DNA of 64,000 nucleotides, taken from an uncultured Acidobacteriaceae bacterium (GTDB lineage: Bacteria > Acidobacteriota > Terriglobia > Terriglobales > Acidobacteriaceae). The position numbers were made by a program, and so were the translations under genes. Below, one piece after another: positions 1 to 9,805 of the stretch (its first letter is position 1; the number at the start of each line of letters is the position of its first letter). The stretch spans positions 250,000 to 313,999 of the forward strand of contig CAWITJ010000003.1 in the NCBI GenBank assembly GCA_963838995.1. Direction: 5' to 3'. Below the pieces are notes generated by a model that was not told where the DNA came from, did not search any database, and was given only the letters and a program-made list of their open reading frames with translations.

Positions 1-670
1 AGGTGAGCGCTTCCAAATCGGCGGCCAGGCGATCCTGTGCCGGCTGCATCAACGCGCAGTGGAAGGGAGCGCTTACCGGAAGCATGATGGCGCGCTTTGC
101 GCCGCGCTGCTTGGCCAACTCCGCGGCCCGCTCGACCGCAGCTTTGCTGCCGGAAATGACCGTCTGATCGGGGGAGTTTAGATTAGCGGCGCAGCAGACT
201 TCGCCTTGGGCCGACTCTTCGCACACCAGGTGCACTTTGTCGCTGGCCAGCGCCAGCACCGCGGCCATCGCTCCAACTCCGACCGGCACGGCTTCCTGCA
301 TGTACTTGCCGCGATTGCGTACGGTCTTCACGGCATCGCTGAACGATAGCGTTCCCGCGGCTACGTTCGCCGAATACTCGCCCAGGCTGTGTCCGGCAAC
401 GTAGGACGGGGTAATTCCCTTGGATTGCAGAACGCGCCACGCTGCTATGGAAACCGTAAGGATGGCGGGCTGGGTGATTTCGGTCAGCTTGAGCTGGTCT
501 TCGGGACCCTCGAAACAGAGCTGCGACAGCTTGTAGCCGAGGGCTTCGTCGGCTTCGTCAAAGGTCTCGCGCGCCACGGGATACAGGGCGGCCAGTTCCT
601 TGCCCATGCCAACCGACTGTGAACCTTGTCCGGGAAAGAGAAACGCAATAGGAGAGGAGTGTGAGGTCAT
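1..670 (-). CDS. fabD: malonyl CoA-ACP transacylase FabD (C-terminus runs off window)
   Basis: Not in the ORF track because it is partial. My translation from ATG at 670 gives [26 protein letters not shown]...[16 protein letters not shown]..., carrying the GQGSQ and GHSLGE FabD signatures. It lies next to plsX-rpmF. Confidence 0.9.
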   Translation of the reverse strand, partial: MTSHSSPIAFLFPGQGSQSVGMGKELAALYPVARETFDEADEALGYKLSQLCFEGPEDQLKLTEITQPAILTVSIAAWRVLQSKGITPSYVAGHSLGEYSANVAAGTLSFSDAVKTVRNRGKYMQEAVPVGVGAMAAVLALASDKVHLVCEESAQGEVCCAANLNSPDQTVISGSKAAVERAAELAKQRGAKRAIMLPVSAPFHCALMQPAQDRLAADLEALT

Positions 671-766
671 GACTGATCGACTTTATAAGGTGTTGATGCC
701 GAAACGGAATGCTGCGATCGCAGCGCATTTTCACGCCAGGTCTCGCTTGTGACTATTGCCGAACTG

Positions 767-1857
767 CTACAACAATCCGGTGCCCACCGGGCCGGCCTGG
801 CCGGACTGAGCGGGGCGGGCTGGGTCGTGATTCAGGCTTTTGCTGGCGCCGGCGATACGTTCTTCGATGGTGCGATTCAAACTACTGTTGGCGAATTCCA
901 TGGCCACGCGGATGGCATTCTTCATGGCATTGGCGTTTGACGATCCGTGGCTCACGATGCAAACACCCTTGATACCCAGCAGCGGTGCGCCACCGTATTC
1001 GGAGTAGTCCAGCCGCTTCTTGAAGTCGGCAAAGGCTTTCCGTGAAAGCAAATATCCCACCTGGCTGCTGATGGTGGCCTGCAGGGACTGCTTCAGCAGG
1101 AAGCGCACAGTTTCTACCATGCCCTCCGAGATCTTTAGCGCCACGTTGCCCACGAAACCATCGCACACCAGAACATCGGCCTTGCCGTTGTACAGGTCGC
1201 GGCCCTCGACATTGCCGACGAAGTTCATCGGCAGCTCCTTGATGAGCTTGTAGGCTTCCTTGGTAAGTTCGTTGCCTTTGTTCTCTTCTTCGCCGATAGA
1301 GAGCACGCCCACGCGAGGATGCTCCGCACTGGGAAACTTGCCGGCGAAGATGTTGCGGAAGTAGACGTCGCCCATGATGGCGAACTGCTGCAGATTTTGC
1401 GGCTTGGAATCGACGTTGGCGCCGACATCGATGAGGATGGTAGCGGTACCTTGCGCGGTGGGGAAAACCGCTGCCAGCGCCGGGCGGTCGACACCGGGAA
1501 TGGCTCCCAGAACCATCTTGGCCGTGGCCATGGCAGCGCCGGTGTTGCCGGCAGAAACGAAGCCAGCAGCTTTGCCGTCGCGCACCATGCGCAGTCCCAC
1601 CCGCATGGAGGAGTCGCGCTTGCTGCGCACCGCCTGGGCAGCCTTCTCCTGCATGCCGATGACTTCACGGGCAGGGACAATGCTGATGGGAAGCCTGCGC
1701 CAGAAGCGATGCAGGTCGAGCTCACCGCGAATCACGTCTTCTTTCCCGACCAGCACGACTTCCACGTCAAGTGGCGTGCGGCGAGAATGGCGCCTTCCAC
1801 TTCGGGTTTGGGCGCGCGATCGGCGCCCATGGCGTCAACAGCGATGATGGTGGGCAT
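767..1857 (-). pseudogene. plsX: phosphate acyltransferase PlsX, apparent 1-nt deletion frameshift near 1766-1770
   Basis: The 332-aa ORF 767..1765 is PlsX-like ([21 protein letters not shown]). The true N-terminus [30 protein letters not shown] starts at ATG 1857 in another frame and stops after 45 codons. Total length is 1091 nt, which is 3n+2. Confidence 0.85.
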
Positions 1858-1981
1858 GCTTGCTTGTCAGTCGCAACTTTCGCTAACCAGGAAGCCAGGA
1901 GCAGAACCGTGCTCTCTCAGCCTCCGCTGCGCACTCCGCCGCAGCCGCGGGTTGCCGGAGGATGGTCGCGGAGCAACCAAG

Positions 1982-2170
1982 CTAGCTGGTAGCCTCTTCA
2001 ATCTCGATGACTTCGCGGCCCTTGTAGAAACCGCACTTGCTGCAGGCACGATGCGGCAGCTTGCGCTCGTGACAGTTGGGACACTCGGAGAGCCCCGGAT
2101 TCGTCAGGTGATCGTGGGAGCGGCGCTTGGAAGTACGCGCCTGAGAATGACGCCGTTTCGGATTAGGCAT
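1982..2170 (-). CDS. rpmF: 50S ribosomal protein L32
   Basis: 62 aa: MPNPKRRHSQARTSKRRSH...CPNCHE..CSKCGFY. It has the typical L32 N-terminus and zinc ribbon, and sits between yceD and plsX. Confidence 0.95.
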   Translation of the reverse strand: MPNPKRRHSQARTSKRRSHDHLTNPGLSECPNCHERKLPHRACSKCGFYKGREVIEIEEATS

Positions 2171-2221
2171 GAGAACCTCACAACCAGACCGCCAGCTTTG
2201 CGGCGGTCGGAACTTTAAACT

Positions 2222-2773
2222 TTAGCTTTTCAGCTTCTTCTTAATCTCGTTCAACGCGTCCCAGCGAGGATCGCTGAGATGCTGCTCACAATTGCACTGC
2301 TCAAGATTCAGGTTGCGGCCACAAACCGGACACAAACCCTTGCAATCTTCCCGGCACAAAGCCCTCACTGGAGTGTCGAGCAGCATCTGCTCGCGCAGTA
2401 CGTCTTCCAGCATCAGGCCTTCGCCCTGATAATAGCCGATTTCGGTGTCCGCCTCGCTGATGGCGACCTCGTCCGCCCGTCGATCCACGCCCAAGGGACG
2501 GTAGATCAGGTCGAATGTCTTATCGACATCGTGCCCCACGGGGTCGAGACAGCGAGCACAGCTGAACTCGAGTTTTGCCGCTACCCGGCCCACCATCCGG
2601 ATGTCTTCCACATCCTGATTATGCCCGCGATGTTCGACGATGAGCTCGGCATGACCCACGCCGTGCAGCGGGCCAACCTGGCGAAAATCCGGTCCGAACT
2701 CGATGGCTCCTGGCTGAAAATTTTCGTCAAACTCCACCTTGTGGAGCTCTAAATCCCGAACCCGAATCAGCAT
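2222..2773 (-). CDS. YceD/DUF177 family protein
   Basis: 183 aa with a C-terminal CxxC...CxC cluster (CKGLCPVCGRNLNLEQCNCE). It occupies the conserved position upstream of rpmF. Confidence 0.85.
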   Translation of the reverse strand: MLIRVRDLELHKVEFDENFQPGAIEFGPDFRQVGPLHGVGHAELIVEHRGHNQDVEDIRMVGRVAAKLEFSCARCLDPVGHDVDKTFDLIYRPLGVDRRADEVAISEADTEIGYYQGEGLMLEDVLREQMLLDTPVRALCREDCKGLCPVCGRNLNLEQCNCEQHLSDPRWDALNEIKKKLKS

Positions 2774-3028
2774 AGCAGCACCGGCCTTAGCCCGCGCACG
2801 AACGCGCCCAACATAGCCAAACGCTCCGGCCGTAACCGGCCCTCAGCCCCATCCCATGCAGAACCGGCACGGGCCCGGGGGCCCCGTTTGGCAGGCCAAG
2901 CTCCTATAGAGAAACACTGGCAGGTACAGACGGGCGGGATCGTTCTAAAGGCAAAGATTAAGGATAAAGTTATTGCCCGGCAGTGTCAAGGTTGCAGAAC
3001 TGCCCAAACAGCAGAAAAGAGACGGGAT

Positions 3029-3062
3029 GAGCCGGTTATCTGTGGTTGCAGATAACCAGCTC
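3029..3062 (-). terminator. hairpin downstream of the 899-aa gene
   Basis: GAGCCGGTTATCTG/CAGATAACCAGCTC forms a 14-bp stem with one mismatch, 30 nt after the stop at 3092. On the minus strand a T-rich tract (tctcttttctgctgttt) follows. Confidence 0.4.
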
Positions 3063-3091
3063 ACCCCGAATTTTACACGGCGGCGACGAGT

Positions 3092-5791
3092 CTAGTGCGC
3101 CGGCGTAGTGAACGTCTGGTCGTGGTAAGCGGCCTGGTTCCCGTTCGCGTCCGTGGTCAACGGCCGCCAGTGGTACGTGGTGTTGGGAGCCAGCCCGGTA
3201 ATGGTAATGGCTTCATCGTAAATATTCGTCACGCCTTGCAGCATCGCAGTCTGATCCTGGACTCCCATCACGGCGCCGGAGTGGTTCGCATAGTTGGCGC
3301 TCAACATCTGTTGGAAGCCGAAGTTCGGATAAGCCTGCATGCAGTTCGGAGGCTGCGGGTTATTGAGATTGCACGTACCCGGCGCGCTGGTTCCGTAGTA
3401 GATGGTGACGGTAGTGTTGGGCTTGAACGTGTTGAACCAGAAGGTCGCGCTGGTAGCTTTCAAGCTGGGAGCCTGAACCGTATAGGGGTAGACCACGGGA
3501 AGGGTCGAACCAAATCCCGGCCACCACTCGAACTGCACCGGCGCGGTGTAATCCGTCCAGGGAGCATTGCACGGGTTGGTCCCGTTATCGCACGGATTGG
3601 AAGCTGCCTGTACCGTTTCCGTGGCTGGTGAGCCGTCCGGGTTATGACCGGTTCTCCAGCGCACGTAGTCGAAGCTTCCCTTGTAGACCTGATTAAACTC
3701 CTTGACCGACCAGGTCCAGCCACTGCCGACCAGAACTCCCGATCCACCCGCGCTGTCGAAGACATGGTTAAACAGATCATCGCCTTCGGTCTGATAGGTG
3801 CTGTTGTTGGTGTTGTACCAGAGCCAGGCAAAGGGGTTCGAAACCAAATCGTTCAGCTCGGAAGCCTGATACAGAGTTCCGGCCACTAAAGCCGGGTTTG
3901 CCGGCAAGTCATAGACTTGGTACGCGAATAAGTGGGTGGAGGGGATGTACTGCGTCGACTCCAGCCAGTCCAGAGTCTTCTGGATTTCCAGCGGGATTCG
4001 GGCGTCAGGAACATTGCCCTCAGCTTTATCGAGCTCATAGTAAGTGATGAGCGCTTCCATCACCAGCCCGAGCTGGAAGGGGTGGGTGTCGAACGACTGC
4101 TGGTTAGGATTATTGACGCTCAGGTTGTAGGCCTGATCCAGGTAGCCCAGCAGGATGTCGACGGTTCGGGGAACAAATGCGTTGTTGCGAGCCTCGCCAG
4201 CGATCTCCGCGGCCAGGCGATCGTCCAGCATGTAGGCAGTAACGCGCATGCTTTGGGCATAGACGCTGCCGCTATAGCTGAAGTTCCAAGTCTTGTTGTG
4301 GGCCAGCACCTCAACGGCCGCCTGGTCTGTGGGATCGCCGGTTCGCAGGTAATTCATCGCCAGCCCGTAAGCAAACTGGTTCGGCTCCAGGAGGAATCCG
4401 CCCTTGGTTGCCAATGCCGTGTCTTTGTACGGCTCCATGGCCAGTTCGGCGCAACGCTTCCAGCCTTCGCGCTCGTTCTGATTCAGGTAACCCTGCATGC
4501 CCGGCGTGTTGTAGTCATAGTCGGCGATCTGCTGATAGACGCGGCCGCCGTCGTAATTCCATCCAACGAAATAGTTGGACGACGGGATATCGAAATAACC
4601 GGTGAAGTTGCCGTTATCCAGGCTCCACCAGGGATTGGTGTCGGTGTTGTTGGAGCACCACCATTCCGCCGAGCGATAAGGCAGTCCCTGGCGCGAATAG
4701 GGGTTGAGGTTCACCATGTTGCTTTGCCATGCCGCCAGGTTCACGATCGGCGGGAACGTCGTGGGGTTGGTGGATGTGAAGGCAGCCGTAGGCAGCACGG
4801 TGAAGTTGTATTTCACCGAAACCGGATTGCCATAGTTGCTGCCGCCGTACTGCGCCTGGAACTTTCCGGTGAATTGGTAATGGCCCGGGACCGCCTGCGA
4901 GTTCACCCGCAGCCTGAGCATGGTGTTTACAGAACCAACGGTGCCGTTACTGCAAACGCTGCTGCTGGTGTAATCCCCATCCCAACCGGAAGGAGGTGGA
5001 TTAGAGGGAGCGGTTACGCTACAGAGATATTGAGACGTGATGCTGTTGTCGGTCACGACCTGGCCGGTATCGGTGTTGGTGACAACCGGGGTCTGCATTT
5101 GCACCAGCCGGTTGGCGGGGCCGCTCAACAAGTTCGGCTGCAAGGCAATGTAAAGGTCGTTGCACTCATCGGAGCTCTTCAAGACTGGCGAGCAGGCCGG
5201 AGACATCGTCGGGTTGCCCTGGTAAACGTTCTGGCCGCCGATGGGCCACATAGTGAAAACCAAGCTCCCGTTGGGATTGGTAGGAGCAGTCGGCATCGTG
5301 AACGTCTTGTAGCTCCCGCCGCAGCCAGGCGCCGGAGGAACGCCGCAAGCAGCGGTCGCGGGCCCAGGATAGCTGGCCCAAGTTCCGGTGGAGGCATGGG
5401 TAGCCACGTAATAGCCCCAGGTGGCGTATGAGCTGTAAGCCGGGAAGTGATCGACAACCACCACATGACTGGTAACGTTGTCGTTCTGTACCACTTGACG
5501 CACCGGACTGTTATTGTTCGCCCAGTAATCTACGGAATTTTCAATGATGACAATGGAATTACCCGGGTGTTGGGTGGTCCAGCGGAAGGTAACGGAGACG
5601 CCGTTGACCGGATCGAAGGTTGTTCCCACGGTCGCCGTGACGCTGCTCGGAACAATTTCTAGTCCGCCCACTGTTGCAAACAACGGTGTGGCTGCCATCG
5701 CCACGACGAGCATGCCCAAAAACGTGAGGGCCAGCTTGCTGGGCAAGATTTGTGTGCGCAGCGAAGTAAAGAACGTGCGACCGGTTGTCAT
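3092..5791 (-). CDS. secreted protein, FN3-like domains flanking a large central domain (function unknown)
   Basis: 899-aa ORF with AAGGAGG 6 nt before the ATG. It has an N-terminal TM/signal segment and FN3/purple-acid-phosphatase-N-like segments at both ends (VTFRWTT..., TTYHWRPLTTD...QTFTTP). The central region of about 500 aa is W/Y-rich and possibly an alpha/alpha toroid. Confidence 0.7.
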   Translation of the reverse strand: MTTGRTFFTSLRTQILPSKLALTFLGMLVVAMAATPLFATVGGLEIVPSSVTATVGTTFDPVNGVSVTFRWTTQHPGNSIVIIENSVDYWANNNSPVRQVVQNDNVTSHVVVVDHFPAYSSYATWGYYVATHASTGTWASYPGPATAACGVPPAPGCGGSYKTFTMPTAPTNPNGSLVFTMWPIGGQNVYQGNPTMSPACSPVLKSSDECNDLYIALQPNLLSGPANRLVQMQTPVVTNTDTGQVVTDNSITSQYLCSVTAPSNPPPSGWDGDYTSSSVCSNGTVGSVNTMLRLRVNSQAVPGHYQFTGKFQAQYGGSNYGNPVSVKYNFTVLPTAAFTSTNPTTFPPIVNLAAWQSNMVNLNPYSRQGLPYRSAEWWCSNNTDTNPWWSLDNGNFTGYFDIPSSNYFVGWNYDGGRVYQQIADYDYNTPGMQGYLNQNEREGWKRCAELAMEPYKDTALATKGGFLLEPNQFAYGLAMNYLRTGDPTDQAAVEVLAHNKTWNFSYSGSVYAQSMRVTAYMLDDRLAAEIAGEARNNAFVPRTVDILLGYLDQAYNLSVNNPNQQSFDTHPFQLGLVMEALITYYELDKAEGNVPDARIPLEIQKTLDWLESTQYIPSTHLFAYQVYDLPANPALVAGTLYQASELNDLVSNPFAWLWYNTNNSTYQTEGDDLFNHVFDSAGGSGVLVGSGWTWSVKEFNQVYKGSFDYVRWRTGHNPDGSPATETVQAASNPCDNGTNPCNAPWTDYTAPVQFEWWPGFGSTLPVVYPYTVQAPSLKATSATFWFNTFKPNTTVTIYYGTSAPGTCNLNNPQPPNCMQAYPNFGFQQMLSANYANHSGAVMGVQDQTAMLQGVTNIYDEAITITGLAPNTTYHWRPLTTDANGNQAAYHDQTFTTPAH

Positions 5792-6357
5792 GGAGAACCT
5801 CCTTCTCGACTGGAACGAACAGTTGTGGCCCTGGGGACGAGAGCCAGTCCTGTTGCCGTGCGTAGCACAATAGGATTAAGTGCAGTATCGCTTCGAGGAG
5901 GGTGGTTTTAGAATGGCAAAGTACCTTGCCAAAACACGAAGGTAATCATAATTTAGTTACTTTAGTTCATGTTACGTTTTCCATTTCGGGCTTGTTCGGT
6001 CGTGCGCCCAATTCTCCAGCTTGGCTGCATCATGAATGTCGAACGACACTTCTGGTAAAGCGGAAGCTGTAGAAAACTAAGCGTTAATCACTCTAATTGA
6101 AGAGTGTCGAGCGACTCTGGCTCCGTTCCATTCGGCTGTCAGATGACCCGTTAGGCCGGTTAGCAGGGCTGACCCAGGGCAGGCCGGTGGTATTCCGGAC
6201 CCATCACACCTTCGATTACCTTAAGACCACTCTGACTAGAGAAGGACCTAACAGGAATCTTGAGAAGGTGACCGAGTTTGCGATTCGTTGTTGACTCGGA
6301 TTCTGGCGGAAGTCTCTTACTGGAGAGTGAAAGGGCTGAAAGACGGGGATTCTGCAC

Positions 6358-6396
6358 AAAAAAAGAGAGGCACTCCTGGCGAAGTGCCTCTCTTTT
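6358..6396 (-). terminator. rho-independent (bidirectional) terminator
   Basis: Perfect 10-bp stem AGAGAGGCAC/GTGCCTCTCT with a 10-nt loop, flanked by an A7 run (T7 on the minus strand) and T4. It lies 23 nt after the stop of the 6419..7390 gene. Confidence 0.7.
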
Positions 6397-6418
6397 GCTG
6401 CTGCTGCGGGAGGAGAAT

Positions 6419-7390
6419 TTAGTAAGCGGTCACCTGCATCTTGTCCACCCACATGGAGTAATTCTGCTGGTTGTAATCGCCATCGAGCTGCACGGCGGCG
6501 TTCAGCTCAGAGACTCCTGAACTGATGGTGTTGAAGTTGCGATTGATGTAACTCTTGTTTCCATTGAGCGTGACTGAGATGAAGCTGGTCTGGGTTCCAA
6601 CGCGCTGGAACTCGAGAACCACGTGGTTCCAGGTATAGGCGGGAGGAGTGGAGCACCCGATACCGGTGTGCACCCAGTGACCGCCTGCGGTATCCCACAC
6701 GTCCCATTGCGCCCCGTTGCGGATATTGCATTGGGTTCCGAAGATGTACTTGCGGCCGTTGACGGACTGGTTCATGTCGAACTCAAGTCCTTGCGCGGCT
6801 CCGGGCGTGGTCAGATAGAAATACAGGTCGTAGACAAAATGGCTGGCGTTGGGATTCGCTCCCAGCTGCTTCCACCAGAGTGCGTTGTGGTAGGGCGCAT
6901 TGCCGCCCAGCCAATACTGCGTGGAATTGCCAGTCATCGAGGGATTGCTGATGTGCTGGGTCATGGAATGCTGGGTTGGTCCGCTGCCGGCGCAGGAATC
7001 GCAGGTGGTCCAGCCGGACATCGCCTGAATCATGGTGTAGGTGGGGTTGCCTCCCCCACCACCGCCCCCGCCATTGCCGGTCACGGTGATCTGGAACCCC
7101 GGCGCCTTGTAGACGTTGCCGTGAGAATCCCAGGCCTGCACCACGATCCAGTGATTACCGCTGCCCAGGGTGATGTTGGTGTTGATGTTGCTTGAACCTA
7201 CGCTGTATACCCCTTGGTTGTCGGAGTACACAGTCATCCAGGTAATGGGATAGCTTCCGCTGGCGGATGCGACGAAATGGACTGGAGATGAGTCCTGACT
7301 GCCTGATGTTGGTGAAGTAACGGTGACTCCGGCCAGGGAGAGTGTTGTCAGCGTGAAAAGGAACGCTGCGATCCCAACTACCTTTCTCAA
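6419..7390 (-). CDS. secreted protein, Ig-like N-domain + Gly8 linker + lectin/glucanase-like C-domain (function unknown)
   Basis: 323 aa with TTG start preceded by AGGAGG. Signal peptide MRKVVGIAAFLFTLTTLSLAG, a GGGGGGGG linker and an aromatic-rich beta-type C-terminal half. Confidence 0.7.
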   Translation of the reverse strand: MRKVVGIAAFLFTLTTLSLAGVTVTSPTSGSQDSSPVHFVASASGSYPITWMTVYSDNQGVYSVGSSNINTNITLGSGNHWIVVQAWDSHGNVYKAPGFQITVTGNGGGGGGGGNPTYTMIQAMSGWTTCDSCAGSGPTQHSMTQHISNPSMTGNSTQYWLGGNAPYHNALWWKQLGANPNASHFVYDLYFYLTTPGAAQGLEFDMNQSVNGRKYIFGTQCNIRNGAQWDVWDTAGGHWVHTGIGCSTPPAYTWNHVVLEFQRVGTQTSFISVTLNGNKSYINRNFNTISSGVSELNAAVQLDGDYNQQNYSMWVDKMQVTAY

Positions 7391-7578
7391 TACTGCCTCC
7401 TGATGAATAGTCGTGCGTACCGCACTGTTGGCAGACTAGGGATGCTTCTACTCTGAAGAAACCAGCGGTTAGGTGTAGTTTTCGCAAGGTTTTAACCTTA
7501 GACGGACCCCGGCGAAAGCCTTAGTGAAGGACTAGGAGGGCTTGCTTAGTAGCGGGCTTTGCAAAAGCTGGACACGAT

Positions 7579-7878
7579 TTAGCCGCCGGCAATGGCGCCG
7601 ATGATCAGAAACGGCTCCTTGCCCGATGCGACCTCATCGGGCAGCGGCTCGTCGGGAGATTGGTGAGAGAGGTCTTCCTCGCAGGCGAAGAAGCGCAAGA
7701 AGGCACGACGCTGCTGGGTAGTGTGGTCGCGGATGGTTCCCCGAAGCATGGGGTAGCGGGCCTCAAGGGCGTCGAGGACCGAGCGTTGGGTCACCCGGCC
7801 CTCGACTTCCACTTCGACTTCGCCGCCAAGTTGCGCCAGCGTCCGCAGATGCGCTGGCAGCACGACCCGGATCTTCAT
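7579..7878 (-). CDS. MoaD/ThiS-family ubiquitin-like protein
   Basis: 99 aa ending in ...IIGAIAGG (C-terminal Gly-Gly). Its ATG overlaps the stop of the upstream gene (ATGA). Confidence 0.8.
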   Translation of the reverse strand: MKIRVVLPAHLRTLAQLGGEVEVEVEGRVTQRSVLDALEARYPMLRGTIRDHTTQQRRAFLRFFACEEDLSHQSPDEPLPDEVASGKEPFLIIGAIAGG

Positions 7879-9054
7879 GGCAGGGTCTGCACCTCGACCG
7901 AGAGTACCGCAGGCAGGTCGCGGACAATGGCTGACCAGTGATCACCTCCGTCGGTGGAGGCATAGACCTGCCCCCCGGTGGTGCCAAAATAAACTCCACA
8001 GGAATCCAGCCGGTCGACGGTCATGGCATCGCGCAGGACATTCACGTAGCAATTTTCCTGGGGCAGTCCCTTGGTGAGCGCCTCCCATTCGTTGCCGCCG
8101 GAGCGACTGCGGTACACGCGGAGTTTGCCGTCGGGCGGGTAATGCTCACCATCGCTCTTGATCGGGACGACGTAGATGGTCTCGGGCTCGTGGGCATGGA
8201 CATCGATCACGAAACCGAAATCGGTCGGCAGGTTTCCGCTCACCTCGTGCCACGAATCACCGGCGTTGTCGCTGCGCATCACGTCCCAATGCTTCTGCAT
8301 GAACAAAGTCTCGGGACGTGCCGGATGCATGGCGACATGGTGAACGCAGTGTCCGACTTCGGCGTCTTCGGTCTGGCAAGAACTGCGAACGTAGTCCGCG
8401 ATTGATTGGCTTCCAGGTCTTGCCACCATCGTCGGTGCGGAACGCTCCCGCGGCGGAGATCGCAATATAGATCCGCTCCGGATCTTTAGGGTCGAGGATG
8501 ATGGTGTGCAGGCACATTCCCCCCGCGCCAGGCTGCCAGCGCGGGCCGGTGCCGTGGCCGCGCAATCCCGACAGTTCGTGCCAGCTGCGGCCCCCATCCT
8601 GCGACCGAAAGAGTGCCGCGTCTTCCACCCCGGCATAAACCGTATCGGGATCGGTCAGCGACGGTTCCAGATGCCAGACGCGCTTGAACTCCCACGGATG
8701 CTGGGTGCCGTCGTACCACTGATGCGTGGTGAGCGGCGAGCCGGCCTGTTCGGACGTGTCATAGACGAACTTGTTGCTCTCGCCGGAGGGGAAACCCTCG
8801 GGTGATTTTTCCATTCCACCACCAGGCGTCTCCCAGGTCTTGCCGCCGTCGCTCGAGCGCTGGATGACCTGTCCGAACCAGCCGCTGGATTGCGACGCGT
8901 AAATCCGGTTGGGATCAGAGGGCGATCCTTTGAGGTGGTAGATCTCCCAGCCTGCGAAGTGAGGGCCGCTGATGTCCCATTTCTCGCGCTTTCCATCCGA
9001 TTCCATGATGAAAGCTCCCTTACGCGTCCCCACCAACACTCGCACTCGGCTCAT
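7875..9054 (-). pseudogene. BNR/Asp-box beta-propeller (sialidase-like fold) protein, apparent 1-nt insertion frameshift near 8366-8374
   Basis: Two overlapping ORFs read through as one protein. [21 protein letters not shown]... carries repeated SxDxGxTW boxes ([24 protein letters not shown], then [16 protein letters not shown]). AGGAG lies 8 nt before ATG 9054. Length 1180 nt, which is 3n+1. Confidence 0.8.
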
Positions 9055-9277
9055 ACGTTCACTCCTCTGGAAATTTTCCCCACCCGGCGAGACACAACTC
9101 TGCCAGGTTGGCGTCATTGTATAGACGAACGGCAAGGCTGCGAATCGACATCTCTTCCTCACCAAATTGCAAAATTTCGTCTGCTTTCCATGCACCCCGA
9201 AAGACGTATTGGGCTGGCCCTACCGTGGGATGCGGCCAAAAGTGCCCGGCGGTAGGCTGCATCCAGGAGTTAAGGTC

Positions 9278-9538
9278 ATGATTACCCAACAAACGGCCGT
9301 ATGGCGTCATAGCAATCGTTATAGTGCGGATACGGCTTGCGAACATTGTGAAGGGGTGGTTCGCCACGAAGAATGGTGTGTCACTCAAAGCGCAAACGTC
9401 CTCTACGCCTACGAAGCAGTATTGGACGCCGACAAGTTAACTGAGGGAGATAGATTGATCCTCCACGCCCTTGGAGTCAAGTGGGTTGGGAAGAAGTGCG
9501 CTGGGACGGGCCAATCAGCTAAGACGGTGAAGCAGTAA
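9278..9538 (+). CDS. small hypothetical protein (CxxC...C)
   Basis: MITQQTAVWRHSNRYSADTACEHCEGVVRHEEWC..., with AGGAG 8 nt upstream of ATG 9278. A minus-strand ORF (9059..9388) competes with it and has no comparable RBS. Confidence 0.45.
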   Translation: MITQQTAVWRHSNRYSADTACEHCEGVVRHEEWCVTQSANVLYAYEAVLDADKLTEGDRLILHALGVKWVGKKCAGTGQSAKTVKQ

Positions 9539-9574
9539 CCACGCGGGCGGGAAGGTCGCGATCTTCAACTCCGG

Positions 9575-9805
9575 TCATCCGATGACGCAACCTCTTCCCT
9601 GCCAGCCAATCTGTACGACTTTTCCTTCCTCCACCAGCACCGGTACGGTGCGTTGACCGTTTGCTAGCGCCAGCAGCCGCTCGCGGGCCTGGCTGTCAAC
9701 GTCTACGTCGTACTCCACAAATTCACATCGCTTCCACTCCAGCCACTCCCGCATTTCCTGGGTGTACGGGCAGCTCGCCGTTCCGAACAGCTCAAACTTG
9801 GCCAC
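9575..9805 (-). CDS. glutaredoxin-like protein
   Basis: 76 aa. The motif FGTASCPYT plus TVPVLV..G is the thioredoxin-fold Grx pattern. GTG start with GGAGG upstream. It is the last gene of the hydrogenase operon. Confidence 0.75.
   Translation of the reverse strand: MAKFELFGTASCPYTQEMREWLEWKRCEFVEYDVDVDSQARERLLALANGQRTVPVLVEEGKVVQIGWQGRGCVIG

Noticed and set aside
3932-5431. 499-aa plus-strand ORF
   Set aside because: Antisense to the 899-aa secreted protein gene. Low-complexity R/G/V-rich translation with no RBS.
5792-6357. Riboswitch or housekeeping ncRNA in the long intergenic region
   Set aside because: I found no match to remembered consensus cores for the TPP box, B12 box, the SRP GGAA motif, RNase P GGAAAGUCCGG or the tmRNA tag/3' end. 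It is kept only as an unexplained non-coding stretch.
9059-9388. 109-aa minus-strand ORF overlapping the 9278..9538 plus-strand ORF
   Set aside because: It has no RBS, whereas the plus-strand ORF has AGGAG at optimal spacing. It could in principle be real, so the plus-strand call is given only moderate confidence.
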